Shown here one piece after another: positions 15,270 to 28,200 of a stretch of DNA of 64,000 nt. Both the position numbers and the translations under genes were made by a program. Numbering within the stretch: position 1 is the stretch's first letter; the number at the start of each line of letters is the position of its first letter. Origin of the DNA: Geosiphon pyriformis uo1 (taxonomy: Eukaryota; Fungi; Glomeromycota); the NCBI GenBank assembly GCA_016748015.1, contig JAAOMT010000282.1, positions 186,001 through 250,000 on the forward strand, in the 5' to 3' direction. The notes beneath the pieces were generated by a model that searched no databases, was not told where the DNA came from, and saw only the letters and a list, made by a program, of their open reading frames with translations.

Positions 15270-17028
15270 TGAGACAAAAAAGATTTCTGGAAACCTGAGC
15301 TGGCACACAACAGATCTAACTTCACCAAAACAGAACTAACAGATGCTTCAAGAGCCACCAATTTTGATTCAAAACTGCCAATCTTAGAAGTTAACACTCT
15401 TAAGCTACATAAGCTAAAAACTAAGGCATCACCAGCAACAAAAGAAGAGGATGCAAGACAAGTATCAAAAACATTTAAAGTCATATCCAAATCTACACTA
15501 GAATCTACAGCTGTAGAAAAAACTGAAATAGAAGACTGAAAAACAGAAGCTAAGGAGCTTTGTTGAAAGATGAGCATTAGGAGTACCAGTACAACACCAT
15601 TTAACCATTTCACAATGTCTGACACCTGATCAGACAAAAACTCAAGAGAGCATTCCAATGACAACAAACATGTATCCAAAGAAAAGTCTATTGAAGTAAG
15701 AGAGGAGTGTTTGCCACCAAAATCTGTACCAACAAGAGGGAAAAAGACCAGAACCAGCACCAGTAGAGTGATCATAAAAAGTGAGTGCTGTCAAGACCAT
15801 CTAAGCCCAAAACTTGCCACCAAAAGTGGCTAAACAAGAGATGAAAACGTTTTTTTTAGCATACAGTTTAGCCAGACAAAGGCAAATTTCCTCCAAAGCA
15901 GTTTTTTTAAATAGTTTGAACAATTTGAAAGTAGAAATATTGTGATATCACACTCCAAAGCAGAATGACCAAATTTCTCACAATGTTTACACTAAACCAA
16001 ATTCATTTTTGCCCAAAAAAGTTTAACATCATCAAATATTGGCTCAATACAATAAGCAGACTCCAGATTCTCTTCAAATTCAAAACCAACCACAGCACAA
16101 TAAATTCTATTGCCAGTTTTTACAGAGCAATTAATTACATATGTTCTCCCACCAGCCCTATCCAAAAGAGTGTCAAAATTATGTGCTGTTGTTTTTACTA
16201 GTAGAGTAAACAAAAATGCTCTAAACCAATCCCTAGAAGCCTAAGTCTCACAATCTCCCACAGCCATAGTCACACACACAGAGTCTTTCCCAATAAGGAA
16301 GAACCATCTAAATGCTAACTGCTCAGTCTGATCTAAATCAACAAATTTTACTACCACTTTTTGCCACATGCCAATTAATTGTACTTTGATCGACTTAATA
16401 TCACCAAACTTAGATACTGCAGCAATGATCATTTTCTTTGGTGTATCTATAAGAATTTTTTTGATCACCACAGCCTGATCTAAACAAATTTTGAGGAAGT
16501 AGTGGCCCTTCCAAAACCATTAACAGTTGAAAAAATTTTTCTAATTAACTGAGTTTTTGCCGTTGCTGATTTTTCTTCCATAGCTGAAAAATTAATATCC
16601 AAAGCAAACAACTTCTTAATTGACACTTCCACTAGAGTCTTTATGATCTTTGAATCAACTCACTTTCTTTTAAAAGAAATAGGGAAGCGAGAGAGAAGAA
16701 CCACATTATCATCATCCATACAGAAATTTGGAGAATCAAGCAGAAAACTAAAGACAGAACCAGTGTTAATTCACTTTGTCTTGGGTGTAGTAGCAGCTGA
16801 ATCTAAAAGAGATCCACTATTTACACCAGACATGTTAATATTTTTATCATCATCAGATAGACTTTCTATATTAGAATATATATTATCACTAGGCCCAGAT
16901 TTATTTAAGAAGATATCTTTTTCATCACCAAAGTGTTTGACATTACCAAGGACAACTTTCTTTTTCTGAGAAAAAGAACCATCAGCAGAACCATAAAAAG
17001 CACTCTTGAGTGCTTTCTTTTTAGACAT
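15266..17028 (-). pseudogene. LINE-b ORF1
   Basis: MSKKKALK start at 17028, RRM-like VIKKI..FGDIKSIKVQLIGMWQKVVV, knuckle-like HCEKFGHSALEC at ~15945-15990, coiled coil LECSLEFLSDQV. Confidence 0.8.
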
Positions 17029-17177
17029 GATGCTACTTGTAATAGTTTCCAAATTCACAAAAAATAGGTTATTATTAGGTAAAGAAATATTGATATAAAC
17101 TAGCAAGAAAAAAATAAAAAACTTCTTTTTCAGAAAATGTGCTTTTTGAGAATTTTTAGAGATAGGAGAGAAAGAAG

Positions 17178-17920
17178 TTTTTATTTTTATTTTTTTATTG
17201 CTTAACGAGTGAGATCCAAACACTACCTAGCACTATACATCAAAGAATTGATCTAAACTAGGTGTGAATCATGTACTTTCTACATGTGACCAGCCACTCG
17301 GGCCGATCAGAACAATACTACGCAGCTATATGAACCAACACTGATTCACCTATATCTGAAAAGAACAAGCAAGCCTTGTGAAAACCAAAATAAACACCTA
17401 AAGCACTAGTAATGCCAAGTAACCTAACCACTCCTGTAGAGAACCTCAAAGCCAAACCATGAACCAAGATGACGGTTGAACCATCTAGCAGGATCAGTCC
17501 ATTCTTCTCCATATATGCACGATGCTTAGCATGAATTGACCAGACATTCTCCCTGAAAGCAAGATCAAGAGAGCGCGCAAACTTGACAATCTCCAAAACA
17601 GCAACTTTGGGGTCGTGAAAGACGGAAACAGTCTCGCTAAACCATCCATTAAAAACAAAGCCCTTAAAAAGAGTCATAGACACAGAGGAATCAGAAACAC
17701 TGGATGACAACAGCTGCAATATACCCGAGGAAGAGTGAGAAGAGCCAGAAAGCGCCTTCCAGGACTCTACATGAGAATTCAACAACTGGTGCTAAACAGA
17801 CTCATCAACCTTGTAAGAGAACACATGATCCGACACCTCCATCTCATCACAATACAAGCATAACACACTAGGATAACGTTTATCATAGAGGCGCTTCCGA
17901 ACAGCAACCGGCAGCCAATG
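17178..17920 (-). mobile_element. Young 5'-truncated LINE 3' fragment (CpG-rich)
   Basis: T-tract, conserved 3' UTR and ORF2 C-terminus (ORF 17318-17785; CLYCDEMEVSDHVFS upstream). Many intact CpGs. Possible TSD GTTTTTATTT at ~17178 and ~17920. Confidence 0.88.
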
Positions 17921-18458
17921 TTTTTATTTATAATTATATATAATTGTTAAACTTTATTAATACATAAAAAAAATAATAATAATTGTATTTTTATTTACAA
18001 TTTGCTATTATGTATTATTTATTTGATTTTAAAAATTAATAAATCAATTAACAAATTTATTAAAAAGTTATTTATTAATTTTATTAATATAAAAAATAAT
18101 ATTTTTTTATATAAAATTATATATTATTTAAGATTTTTCTGTTGTAATATAATTAAAATTGCTTTTAATACAATATTTATACTTTATATTTATAAAACTA
18201 ATATTTTTTGTTTGGATTTAAGTTATTAAAAGCAAAATATTTAATAATATTATTAAATAATTTATAATTATATTTATTAATATTTTTTAGTTTTAAATAA
18301 TTGTTTATATATAATAAAAAAGCAGTTTATTAATTAAATTGTTGCTTTTTATGTCAATCTTCTAATACAAATTTTTTACAAGCATTATATTTATTTTTCT
18401 AATTATATTTAAAGATAATACAAGTACTATTAATAACAGAATATTATTTTACAACTAT

Positions 18459-19421
18459 TGTTAGTAAAGGTTTTTGGTTTTTTTTTTGAATATTGTTATT
18501 GTTATTTTGCTGTTAATTTTTAATTATTAAAAGCTAGTAAATTTTTGATAACTGAATTTATCTTCAAATTATTTCTTATAATTTGAACTATTAGACTTAT
18601 AAATAAAGTAGCTAATTCTATACTAGTTACTTATATAATTATTTTATGATAAAAGTTAATTTTTTTTTAAAAAATACTTGTCTGGAAGTTTACTAAAATA
18701 TAGTTATTTTGCTGTAAAAGTCATCTTTTTACAAAAATTTTGTCTGTAAACTATCTTAATAATAATAATAAGAAAAAAAATATAAAAGAAAAAAAATTTT
18801 ATTAAAAGAATTGTTTTTTTGTTTAGACTTGAAATTACTAACAAATTATTAAAATTAATAATTATTTAATTTCAAAACATTAGTTGAAATTTGGAAAATT
18901 TTAAGTATAAATAATTTAAAAATTTTGGTTTTCAAAGTTTTTAATTTTTAATACTTATTGTAAAGATATATAAAAATTAATTGATTTAAATTAAAATTAA
19001 TAATTTTAATGTAAAATATATTTTTTTGAAAAGAAAAACTCTTTTTTATACAACTTACTATAGTACTTGTTTATAAACTTAAAGTTTTTTTTTGCTATAA
19101 ATTTAATAAATTAAAGATATATTTTAACAAACTATAAGTTATTTTTATAAACTATAAATAATTTTGGTAAACTATTAAGATATTTCACAAATTTCTGCAA
19201 ATTTCAGAGAATTCTTGAATATTATAAAGTTTGATATATTGTATAATTTAATTATCATAATTTGTGTATTATACAAATTAAATTATTAATTAAATAGTAA
19301 TATTTAATAATTTAGTTAAATAATAAATAATAATTGAAATGATAATAATATATACTAATTATTATTAAAAATTATAAAAGTAATTTTATGTTAATTAATA
19401 ACTAAAATTCTACTAATAATA
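18459..19421 (-). repeat. Decayed 3' LTR, family A
   Basis: The reverse complement begins tattattagtagaattttag (cf. tgttaccagtagaattttag). Block 18680-18760 matches the reverse complement of 24870-24955. Confidence 0.8.
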
Positions 19422-22400
19422 TAAATTTTTTTTCAAGTCTGAACTTTATTGAAGTTTAAGTATTATCTATAATATAATCATTCAGTATTATTAAAGTAAT
19501 TTAATTTGAAAATTGTTGAAATTTTAATTCTGTAAACTTGCTAATGTATTATATTTTTATTGGTTAAAGTATTAAATTTTGTAGAATGCTTTCACAAGTA
19601 TTAAATAAGTTATAAAATTTAAAAACTGTTCTGAGTTTATAATAAATATTTATTGATCTAATTACTGTAAATTTGTTGTAAATTTGTTTTTATATGGCTT
19701 TAAAAGTAAGATTAGTTGTTTTGAGTTTTAGTTTTTATTGGTAAAATAATTTTTTAATTTAAAAGTATCAATAAATAAGAGTATATTTATTGTTTTTATT
19801 AAAACACATTTGAAGTTTTTGTTATATTGTGGTATTTGGAGAAATGTTTATAGAGTTAAACTGGCAAGTTTTTTTAAAGCTTGCTTTAAAAGTTCTGATA
19901 AATAACTTTCAGAATAATTTTTGGTGTTTTTTTTATAAAAATAATAATTCTGAGAATTATTTACTATTGAAATTATAGTTTTTTTTTAAATGTAATTAAT
20001 TTAACTTTTATTAATTATTATAGAAAAATTAAAAAGTATTTTTAATATTATTATTAATTTTTAAAATATTTGTTAAATGTTTTGTGAAATAAATATTATA
20101 AAATTAAAAAAAATATATTAAAATTTGGTAAAAATAAAATAAAAAATAAAATTATATTTGGAATTAGAGTTTTATATATTTTTAGTTTAAATATTTTTAA
20201 TAATTATTTTATTATTTTTGATTAATAATTTTTGTATTATATTTGAATAAATATTAAAATAAATTAAATGTTCAAGTTTAATTATTGTTTTATTGCAATT
20301 ACTAGTTTTAAATTTCAAGAAATATGTTTAGAATTAATTAAAAAAGAATATATACTGATTTGTGAAATTAATAGTTTGGAATTGGTTTTAAAATAATAGT
20401 GTTTTAATTAATTTTTATGTATAATTTTTGTTAGAATTTTGTTATTAAGTCTTAGTTTGTATAATCTATTATTTAGAGTTTTATAAATATAAAAAAGTAT
20501 ATTCTATTTATGATTAAATTTTTCAGTTTATTGTTTTTTAATTTTAATTTTATGTAAAAAAACTTTATTTCTAATTTTGAATTCCTTAGTAGCAAATAAT
20601 AATTTGTTATTATATCATTTTTTTTATTAAACTTAGAAATATTTAATATGAATGGTTAGAATTTGTTGTTTTTTTTTCAAAATACTAAGAAAAGTATAGT
20701 CTTTTTATTAAAATTTTTTTTAAAAATTTTTTTCTGTAATTAGTTGTATTGAGTATATTTCTATTGTGAAAATAATTGATAATATTGCTGTTTTTTTATA
20801 AGTAAAATCAAATAATATGTGTTTTATGATATCTTATTTTAGTATTCTATAAACTAATAACACTAATAAAATAAAGATATTCTATTTTTGCTCAAAATTG
20901 GTTAAGACTTTGGCTAATAATTTACATAATATTTAGTTAAATTGTTTTACAAATCTATTTGTTTGTAAGTAATAGAATAATAATAGTAATCTTTCAATAT
21001 TGAACTATTCACAAATTTTTTATATCAAGTTGTTTACAAAATGTGTTTTTTGATTAGATAAAAGTTTAATTAGGTATTTATGTCTATAAATAATATTTTT
21101 GTTGATGAAATTGTTATTAATTTTGTATCTGCTCTTTAAATAGCTCTGGTTTTAGCCATTTAGTAAGATAATTTACTGTAATTGTAATATAATAATTTTC
21201 TTAAATGGTAATTAATAATGGTCTAACTAAATCAATTTCTATTCTGTCAAAGAGTTGTTTAACTTTAATTAGATTTAAAAACTTAATAAGATGAGTTTTT
21301 TCTTTTTTTTGACAATTATTACATAATTTTATGTATTATTCAATGTTTTTTTGTATGTGAAGTAAAAAATAATGTATTAATATTTTTTGAATTGTACTAT
21401 TTTTTTTAAGTATATTAATAATAGATTAGTGTATATATTATAAAAAATGATTTTTTTTTCGTTTTTTTGTACTAATTTAAGTAAATTAATTAGGTTTCTA
21501 TAATTTTAATAATAAATTTTGTTGTAATAAAAAAAGTATTGTTTTGATTGATATTCTAATTAATATTTTTTAATTGGAGACCAATTTTTTAATATGATAA
21601 AAGTCTTTAAATAATTTTAATGTTGTTGTAGTTTTCAGAATATATTGTTTGTTGTTATTAAACTGGTAAATAATAATAGAGTTGGTTTTTGTGTTAATCT
21701 TATCTTATTTTTAAAAGTCTATTAATATTGGTATGTAATTTTTTAGGTTTATAGTAAACAATATATTTGTAATTAGCTAAGAAATCAGTCTATTAAAATT
21801 GTTTAACACTAAGTTCAAATTTTTTTTCGTTAAGCTATTTAAGACCAATATTATTTGTAATAATGTTAATTTTTTTTTTCTTGTAAGTATTGTTTAAAGT
21901 ATTTAAGAATCTATTAATATTTAATATCTTTATTGATTAAATAATTAAGTGATTTGGTAAATTTTAATGAATTTTTAATAATAAAAGACTAATTCTATGA
22001 ATTTTTTTAATTTAATAGTATTGTAAAGAATTTGTTTTTTACAGTGCTAATAGTTTTTGGATTGGGTTAAATTCTATCTTTGCTAACAATATGTTCAAAG
22101 AAAATTAAACTTGTTTTTTTAAAGTAGTATTTCTTAATATTTAGTTTTAATTCTGCTTTTTGTAATTATTAAAAAACTTTTTGCAAATAAATCAAATAAG
22201 CTTTAAAAGTTAAAGAATATATATTAGTATTATTAAGATAAATAATTATAGATTGTCATAAAAGTTTTTTATATACAACATTCATAAATTACTAAAATGT
22301 TGCTGATGTATTATAAAGTTTAAAAGACATAATATTAAATATCTAGTTTTTTTCTTAAGTAATAAAGACTGTTTTGGGTCGGTTTTTTAGATCTATTTCA

Positions 22401-24218
22401 ACTTATTAGTATTTGCTTTCTAAGTTTAAAGTTAAAAAAAACTTGGCTTTTCTTAGAGCATTTAGCATGTTGTTAATTTTGAATAAAAAGTATGTATTTC
22501 TAATTGTAACACTATTCAGTTGACAATAGTTAACACAAAATCAAATTTTTTCATTTTTTTTTTAACAAAAACTACTGGTAAAGTTCAAAAATTTCTGAAT
22601 AACTGAATAAAATTATTATTGAGCATTTATTGTACTTTTTTTTAATAAATTAATGACCAATTGGTAGGATTTGGTAAGCTTGTTATTGTTTTAATAAACC
22701 ATCTTTTGTATAAATTTAATGTTAAACAATATGAGTTTTTCTTAAATTATTGTTGTTTTTGGCAAATATATTAGTATATTTAGTAATTAATTGCTTTAAT
22801 TGTTTTTGTTATTAGAGTTTTAAAAGACTTATGTTAATTTTTGCTAATTTTTTTCAACTAAATAATAGTTTTTGGTGTTTGAAATAATGTTTAGATTTGG
22901 AAAAAGGATGTATCTTACAATTTTGATAAAATTAAAAACAATTTAAAGAGTTTTTTTGAAAAATAGTATTATATATAATTCTAATTTTCAATTTATTTAA
23001 TAAAATAATAAAATAATTATTGGGATTATAGAATATAACTTGGAAGTTTTTCATTTTCTTAAGAATATAAATGTTTAAAATTAAACTTTTATACTTTAAA
23101 CAGATTTGTTTGTTTGATTCAAATATTTATTATATAATAATAAATTTTGGACAAATGTAAATTTTTTGATGTTTTCTAAAGAGTAAAATAGTAATTGGTT
23201 GTAGAAATTAGAAAGTTTGATAAAATTTATTCTGTATATTAAGAACTATGTTGACTGGAATTGTAAATTGTTTAATAAAATCAAAACTTTTAATTTTTCT
23301 GTTACTTTTGTCTAATTTTTTTCTGTAATTAGCTAATTATAAACCCAAAATATTGATTAAGAGTAGATATATAGCTTGAACAATCTTTTTAACATGTTTA
23401 ATTGTAAATAATTTTTTAGTTTTATTCAATAAAATAATTGTAATAACTTTAATATATCTTGTATTTATAACTTTTTTTTCAAGCATTAATTTTTTTGTTA
23501 ACTAAGAATGATCGGAACTATTGCTTCAAAAAAAATTTTAAAAGCTATTCTAAGATTGATTTTTGTAAGTGATTTAAGTTGAAAAATCAAAGTATCTTTA
23601 TCAAAATATTGTAAATTATTTTTTGTATCAATTTTATGAGTTTTTTTTTGATTTAATTCTTTGTTTTTTGTTGTTAAAGTATCTGAGTTGTATGACAGAC
23701 TGATTTTTAATAAAATAAATTAGGATTGTTGCAATTTTTTTTTTTGGTTTAAGTTTTTTAAATTTGTTCTTATATTTGTTATTTTTATTGGACAAAAAAA
23801 TACTAAATATATAATATTCTAAATATTATTGGTTATTGTAAGACATAACATATTTTTTATATAATCAAATGTTTATTTGTCTTAATCATTAAATTTGGAC
23901 TTTTTTGATTGGGTAGACATAACTTGTAATTTGGTGGTAAGTTTTTATTTTATTTTTATAATCAAATCTAGCTAATTTTGCTTTTTTTATCTGGCAAATA
24001 TCTTTTTGAGTTTTTCTATTAATTAAAATTATGACCAGTTTATAAATTATTTTCATATTATGTAAGTAATAGTATAATTTGTTAAAAGTACTATTATATA
24101 TTGCATTAAAAAGTTTTTCTTGTTTGACTTTTTCAAAAATCAATAAAGCATATTAACAAGTTTAGTTGTGTATTCTTCTTTTTATTGCAACATAAATCCA
24201 GTTGTATTTTTTAGACAA
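18459..24218 (-). mobile_element. Heavily decayed Gypsy family A copy (3' LTR, ORF3, integrase, RT/RH, dUTPase), 5' half missing
   Basis: The reverse complement is colinear with 28010-34030. ORF 23889-24143 matches the translation of 28085-28350. It is cut at 24218 by a younger family A LTR. Confidence 0.85.
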
Positions 24219-25177
24219 TGTTACCAGTAGAATTTAAGCTAGTAAATAGCATGAAATACTCTTATTAATTAGCATATATTATTATCATTTCGATTATCAC
24301 TTATTATTTAATCAAATTATCAAATATCATTACTTAATTAATAATCCGATTTGTACTATAGAAATTAAGATGATCAAATTACACAATACCCTGAACCATT
24401 TAACATAGTCAAAATTCGCCGAAATTAATGAAAATTGGCCGAAATAATCAATAGTTTAGTGAAATAAACTTGTAGTTTGCTAAAATGTATCTTTAGTTCG
24501 CCCAAATTGTAGCAAAGAAAAAAGTGCAAGTTCAAAGACTAGTACTACAACAAGTTGTATAAAAGAAGAGCTTTTCTTTTCAAAAAAATATATCTTCTAA
24601 TAGTATCTTACTATAGTATCTTACTTTAAATATCTTAATTAAAACAAATCATCTTTTACAAAATCAAATAAAAATTAAATATTCGAAAACCAAATTCTTA
24701 AATTATTATACTTGAAATTCCCTCAACACAACTAACGTTTTGAAATTGATTAGCTACCAATTTCAATAATCTGTTAGTAATTCCAGACCTGGATAGAAAA
24801 CGTTTCCCTTGATAAAATTCTATTTCTTTTACATTTCTTTTATTTTTTTTTTCTTTTTCTTATTATAATCATTAGGGTAGCCTACAGACAAGATTCCTGT
24901 AGAAGAGTTGACTTTCACAGCAAAGTAACTACACATTTTAGTGAGCTTCCAGATAAGCAATTCCTGGGAAAGATTTGACGTTTACTACAATATAACTATA
25001 TAAAATAACTGGCATGGAATTGGCCATTCTACTTATAAGCCCAGCAATTCAAATTATAGGAGATAATTTGAAAATAAATTCAGTTATTAGAGGTTCAACT
25101 ACTTCTAGAAAACGTGAATTTACAACAAACAGACATTAACAGCATTTAAGAAAAAAGACCAAAAACATCTGGTAACA
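24219..25177 (+). repeat. 5' LTR, family A
   Basis: TGTTACCAG...CTGGTAACA terminal inverted repeats, followed by a PBS. Three other copies occur in the window. Confidence 0.93.
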
Positions 25178-25179
25178 TT

Positions 25180-25197
25180 TGGTGCTCTCTCATGGAA
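25180..25197 (+). promoter_or_regulatory. Primer binding site, family A
   Basis: TGGTGCTCTCTCATGGAA lies 2 nt after the LTR end and is complementary to a tRNA ending ...GAGCACCA. The tRNA identity is not determined. Confidence 0.8.
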
Positions 25198-25222
25198 ATA
25201 ACACAGCAACAACACATTCAAA

Positions 25223-28200
25223 GTGGCGACCACACCAAACACAACAACTCTAAAGTACTATTAGTCAATTTATACCCATTGCAAGCAGAGATTCAACATT
25301 CCAGACGGAATTGAAATTGTTAAGAAAACACTATACCAGTATATTGAAAACTGTATCAACAATTATCTTTTTGGAAATTACAACATTTCAGAAGTTAGGA
25401 AGAACTTCTACAATAATTTAGTGCACTATTCACAATTGAGAACTGAAAACCTTAACAGTAAAACACTTATCACCTACTTCCAAGAACTTAATTTCAACAT
25501 TATCAAATATTGTGAAGAAACATAATCAGTACAGTCTAAATATTTTATTGACTTTAAATCAAAAACAGAAACAAGCAACAAAGGCAAACAAAAACTGAAA
25601 CAACACTTAAGTACTACCCCAAACACTTCAAAGACACCAAAAACAACTTTCAAACACTTACAAACACCTAAACAAGGAACCAGTATCAAATTATCACTTT
25701 CTATTACACCATTTTCAATTTTACTTGCTCAATCACAAACACCAAATTCACCACTTATTCGTTTTTTAAGACTAAAAGATTTTCAGTCATCTAAAAATCC
25801 CACTCAATAATAGAAACTCATATCAACAAGCACCAATATTATTGATTACTTACATGAAAACGAAAGTAATCATTTAGAAAACCTGAAAAATAAAGAAATT
25901 AAATCAGAACAAAAAGAAATCTCAGAAAACAAAGAAAAAATGACAACTGCTTATATTGCAAAGATTTCAGAATTTACTGGTAAAGACAATGATACCAGTC
26001 CACAAGAATGGCTTGACAAAGTCCAGAAAGCAGGAGATGCAAATGAATGGAATGCAGTAAGAATGCTTAAAGCAATTCCATACATTCTCTAAAAAACAGC
26101 AGGAGAATGGTTTGAAAATCTAGAATGATCTTTTAAAAACTAGCAAGCATTCAAAAATGCTTTTCTACAACAATTTACTAACAACAACACCTCTATCACT
26201 TTCAGAAACCACTTTCACAATATTAAGCAAGAAATACCTAAAACTGTTATGACTTATCTTAGAAGATTCAATAAACTTCTTAGATGAATTCGACAATTGA
26301 AAACCAATAATTACTATTTTGATGCTCAAATTCTGGATCAGTTTATAGCAAAATTAAAAAACAAATTGATTAAGAAAGTCTGTTCACATATATCAGCAGA
26401 CTTAGCAATTGTCATTAGACATGTAAAGAACTATAAAATGGCAATGAAGGAAGCAAACCACACCAAACTTGTCAACTTAGCAATTGAAAAAACCAGCTCA
26501 ATAGCTGAAAAGAAGATAAACCAACTCACAAAGAAATTTGAAAACTACTTTACAAACCAACAACAACAGCAGCAACAACCACAAAGATATCAATCACTAC
26601 AACAATAAATCAAAACAACTTTGAATCACCATCTAACAACCAATCTCAAAATTGTCATTATTGTAGAATTTCAGGACACTGAAAATGAGATTGCAAAAAA
26701 CTGCAAAGAGACCAACAAAACAGGAATAATCAATATTACTCTTCACTACAACAATCTTATTACCAACCTTTACTATCAACTTATTACTTACCAAAACCAC
26801 AAAATCAAAACAGTTATTATCAATTTGCTCCACAACCAATGCAACAATTTTTACCCATTCAACAATATCAGATACCACTTACTCAACAATATCAAGTACC
26901 AGTCAGAAGATTGGTTCAACATAACCAATTTACACCTCAAAATCAATTTAATTATAATAACAACAAAATCAACCCAAACAACTAATTAATTTTCTGAAAT
27001 CCTGGTTAGCAAAAACTCAATTACTACTACACTCAACCCAGTTATCTTACAATGCCAGAAGAATCGGATTTTTAACAAACTGCACTTTTTGAAGGTAAAG
27101 TTTCAACACCAAGATCAAACTCTTCTAACAATACTATTCCTCCAGCCCAAATTGCCCAAAATGCCAACCTTTTAGACATATTTCCATTCGAATTTGAAGC
27201 AAATGAATTATCATTCTTGCTTAGTAATGCAACAGTTAATGAACAAAAAGCTATCACTGCCATGTATACTGAAGCTACAGTAGAAGGAAAGCCCATCTAG
27301 TTAATTCTAAACAATGAATTGGTTAGAAGTATTATTACCTACTAATTAATACAACAGCTTCAAAGAACTGTTGACAGACCAGCCCAAACTGTAATTGTTA
27401 CACCTAATGGCATAAAAAAAACTCTAGTAGAAAAAATAGACAACTTCCCATTTACCATTAATGGAATCACTATTCCAGTCAAGGTTTTAGTCATAGATGT
27501 ATCCCAATACTAAGCTCTTGTCAGAAATGATTGGCTTCTTAAAGCCAATGCAAACTTAGACTGAGAAACTCAAGAACTTAAAATCTCATACCAAGGACAA
27601 TACACTATAGTACCTGCTACTTGTAGTATTTTTAACAAATAATCAGAAAAAGCTCTAGTATTTAAATTTAAGGAGGAGAAAAAAATGCCACTTACTGAAA
27701 CTTACATGGCTCTTGAATCAACATTCAATTGGGCTGAAAAAACAGAACAAAAGATTTTTGAAAAAACAAGAAGATGGAAGAAAATTAGATATTTCACACC
27801 AGAACCATGAAAAAAATCACTATACATCCCACTCAAATACAAAGATTGCAAAAAAAAGCTTTCATCTATAAAAGCTTGTATTTTTCCAGAAGAGGAATAT
27901 GAAACTTGTATCTGCTACTTTTGCAAAGCATGCTATAGAGAATGATTTGGATCCCCAAAAAGAAGTGGAAAATAAGACAATATTTTTTGTCCTACATATA
28001 GAAATATACTACCAGAAAAATGCAACTGGATTGATGTTGCCATGAGACAAGAAGTATGTGACCAAATCTGTTAATATGTCTTATCAATTTCGGAAAAAGT
28101 TAAAAGAGGAACACTATTCAATACAACATACAACAGTACTTTCAACAAATTCTACCACTACTCTTATGATACTAAAATGATCTTTGACTTAGCAATAGCT

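Larger units (their letters stand above)
10441..17177 (-). mobile_element. Full-length decayed LINE with RNase H (LINE-b)
   Basis: T-rich tail at 10441, 3' UTR 10460-10580, ORF2 10581-15269, ORF1 15266-17028, pyrimidine-rich 5' UTR to ~17177. Confidence 0.92.

Noticed and set aside
17270-17312. CUGAU...GAAA in the LINE 3' UTR suggesting a hammerhead ribozyme
   Set aside because: The core is CUGAUCG rather than CUGANGA, GAAA lies in a hairpin loop, and other copies read UUGACC/UUGACU.
17921-18458. AT-rich ORF 18002-18229 and the similar AT blocks at 2200-3040, 9910-10440 and 34040-34420
   Set aside because: Low-complexity sequence with no recognisable motifs. Probably terminally decayed TE DNA that I cannot assign.
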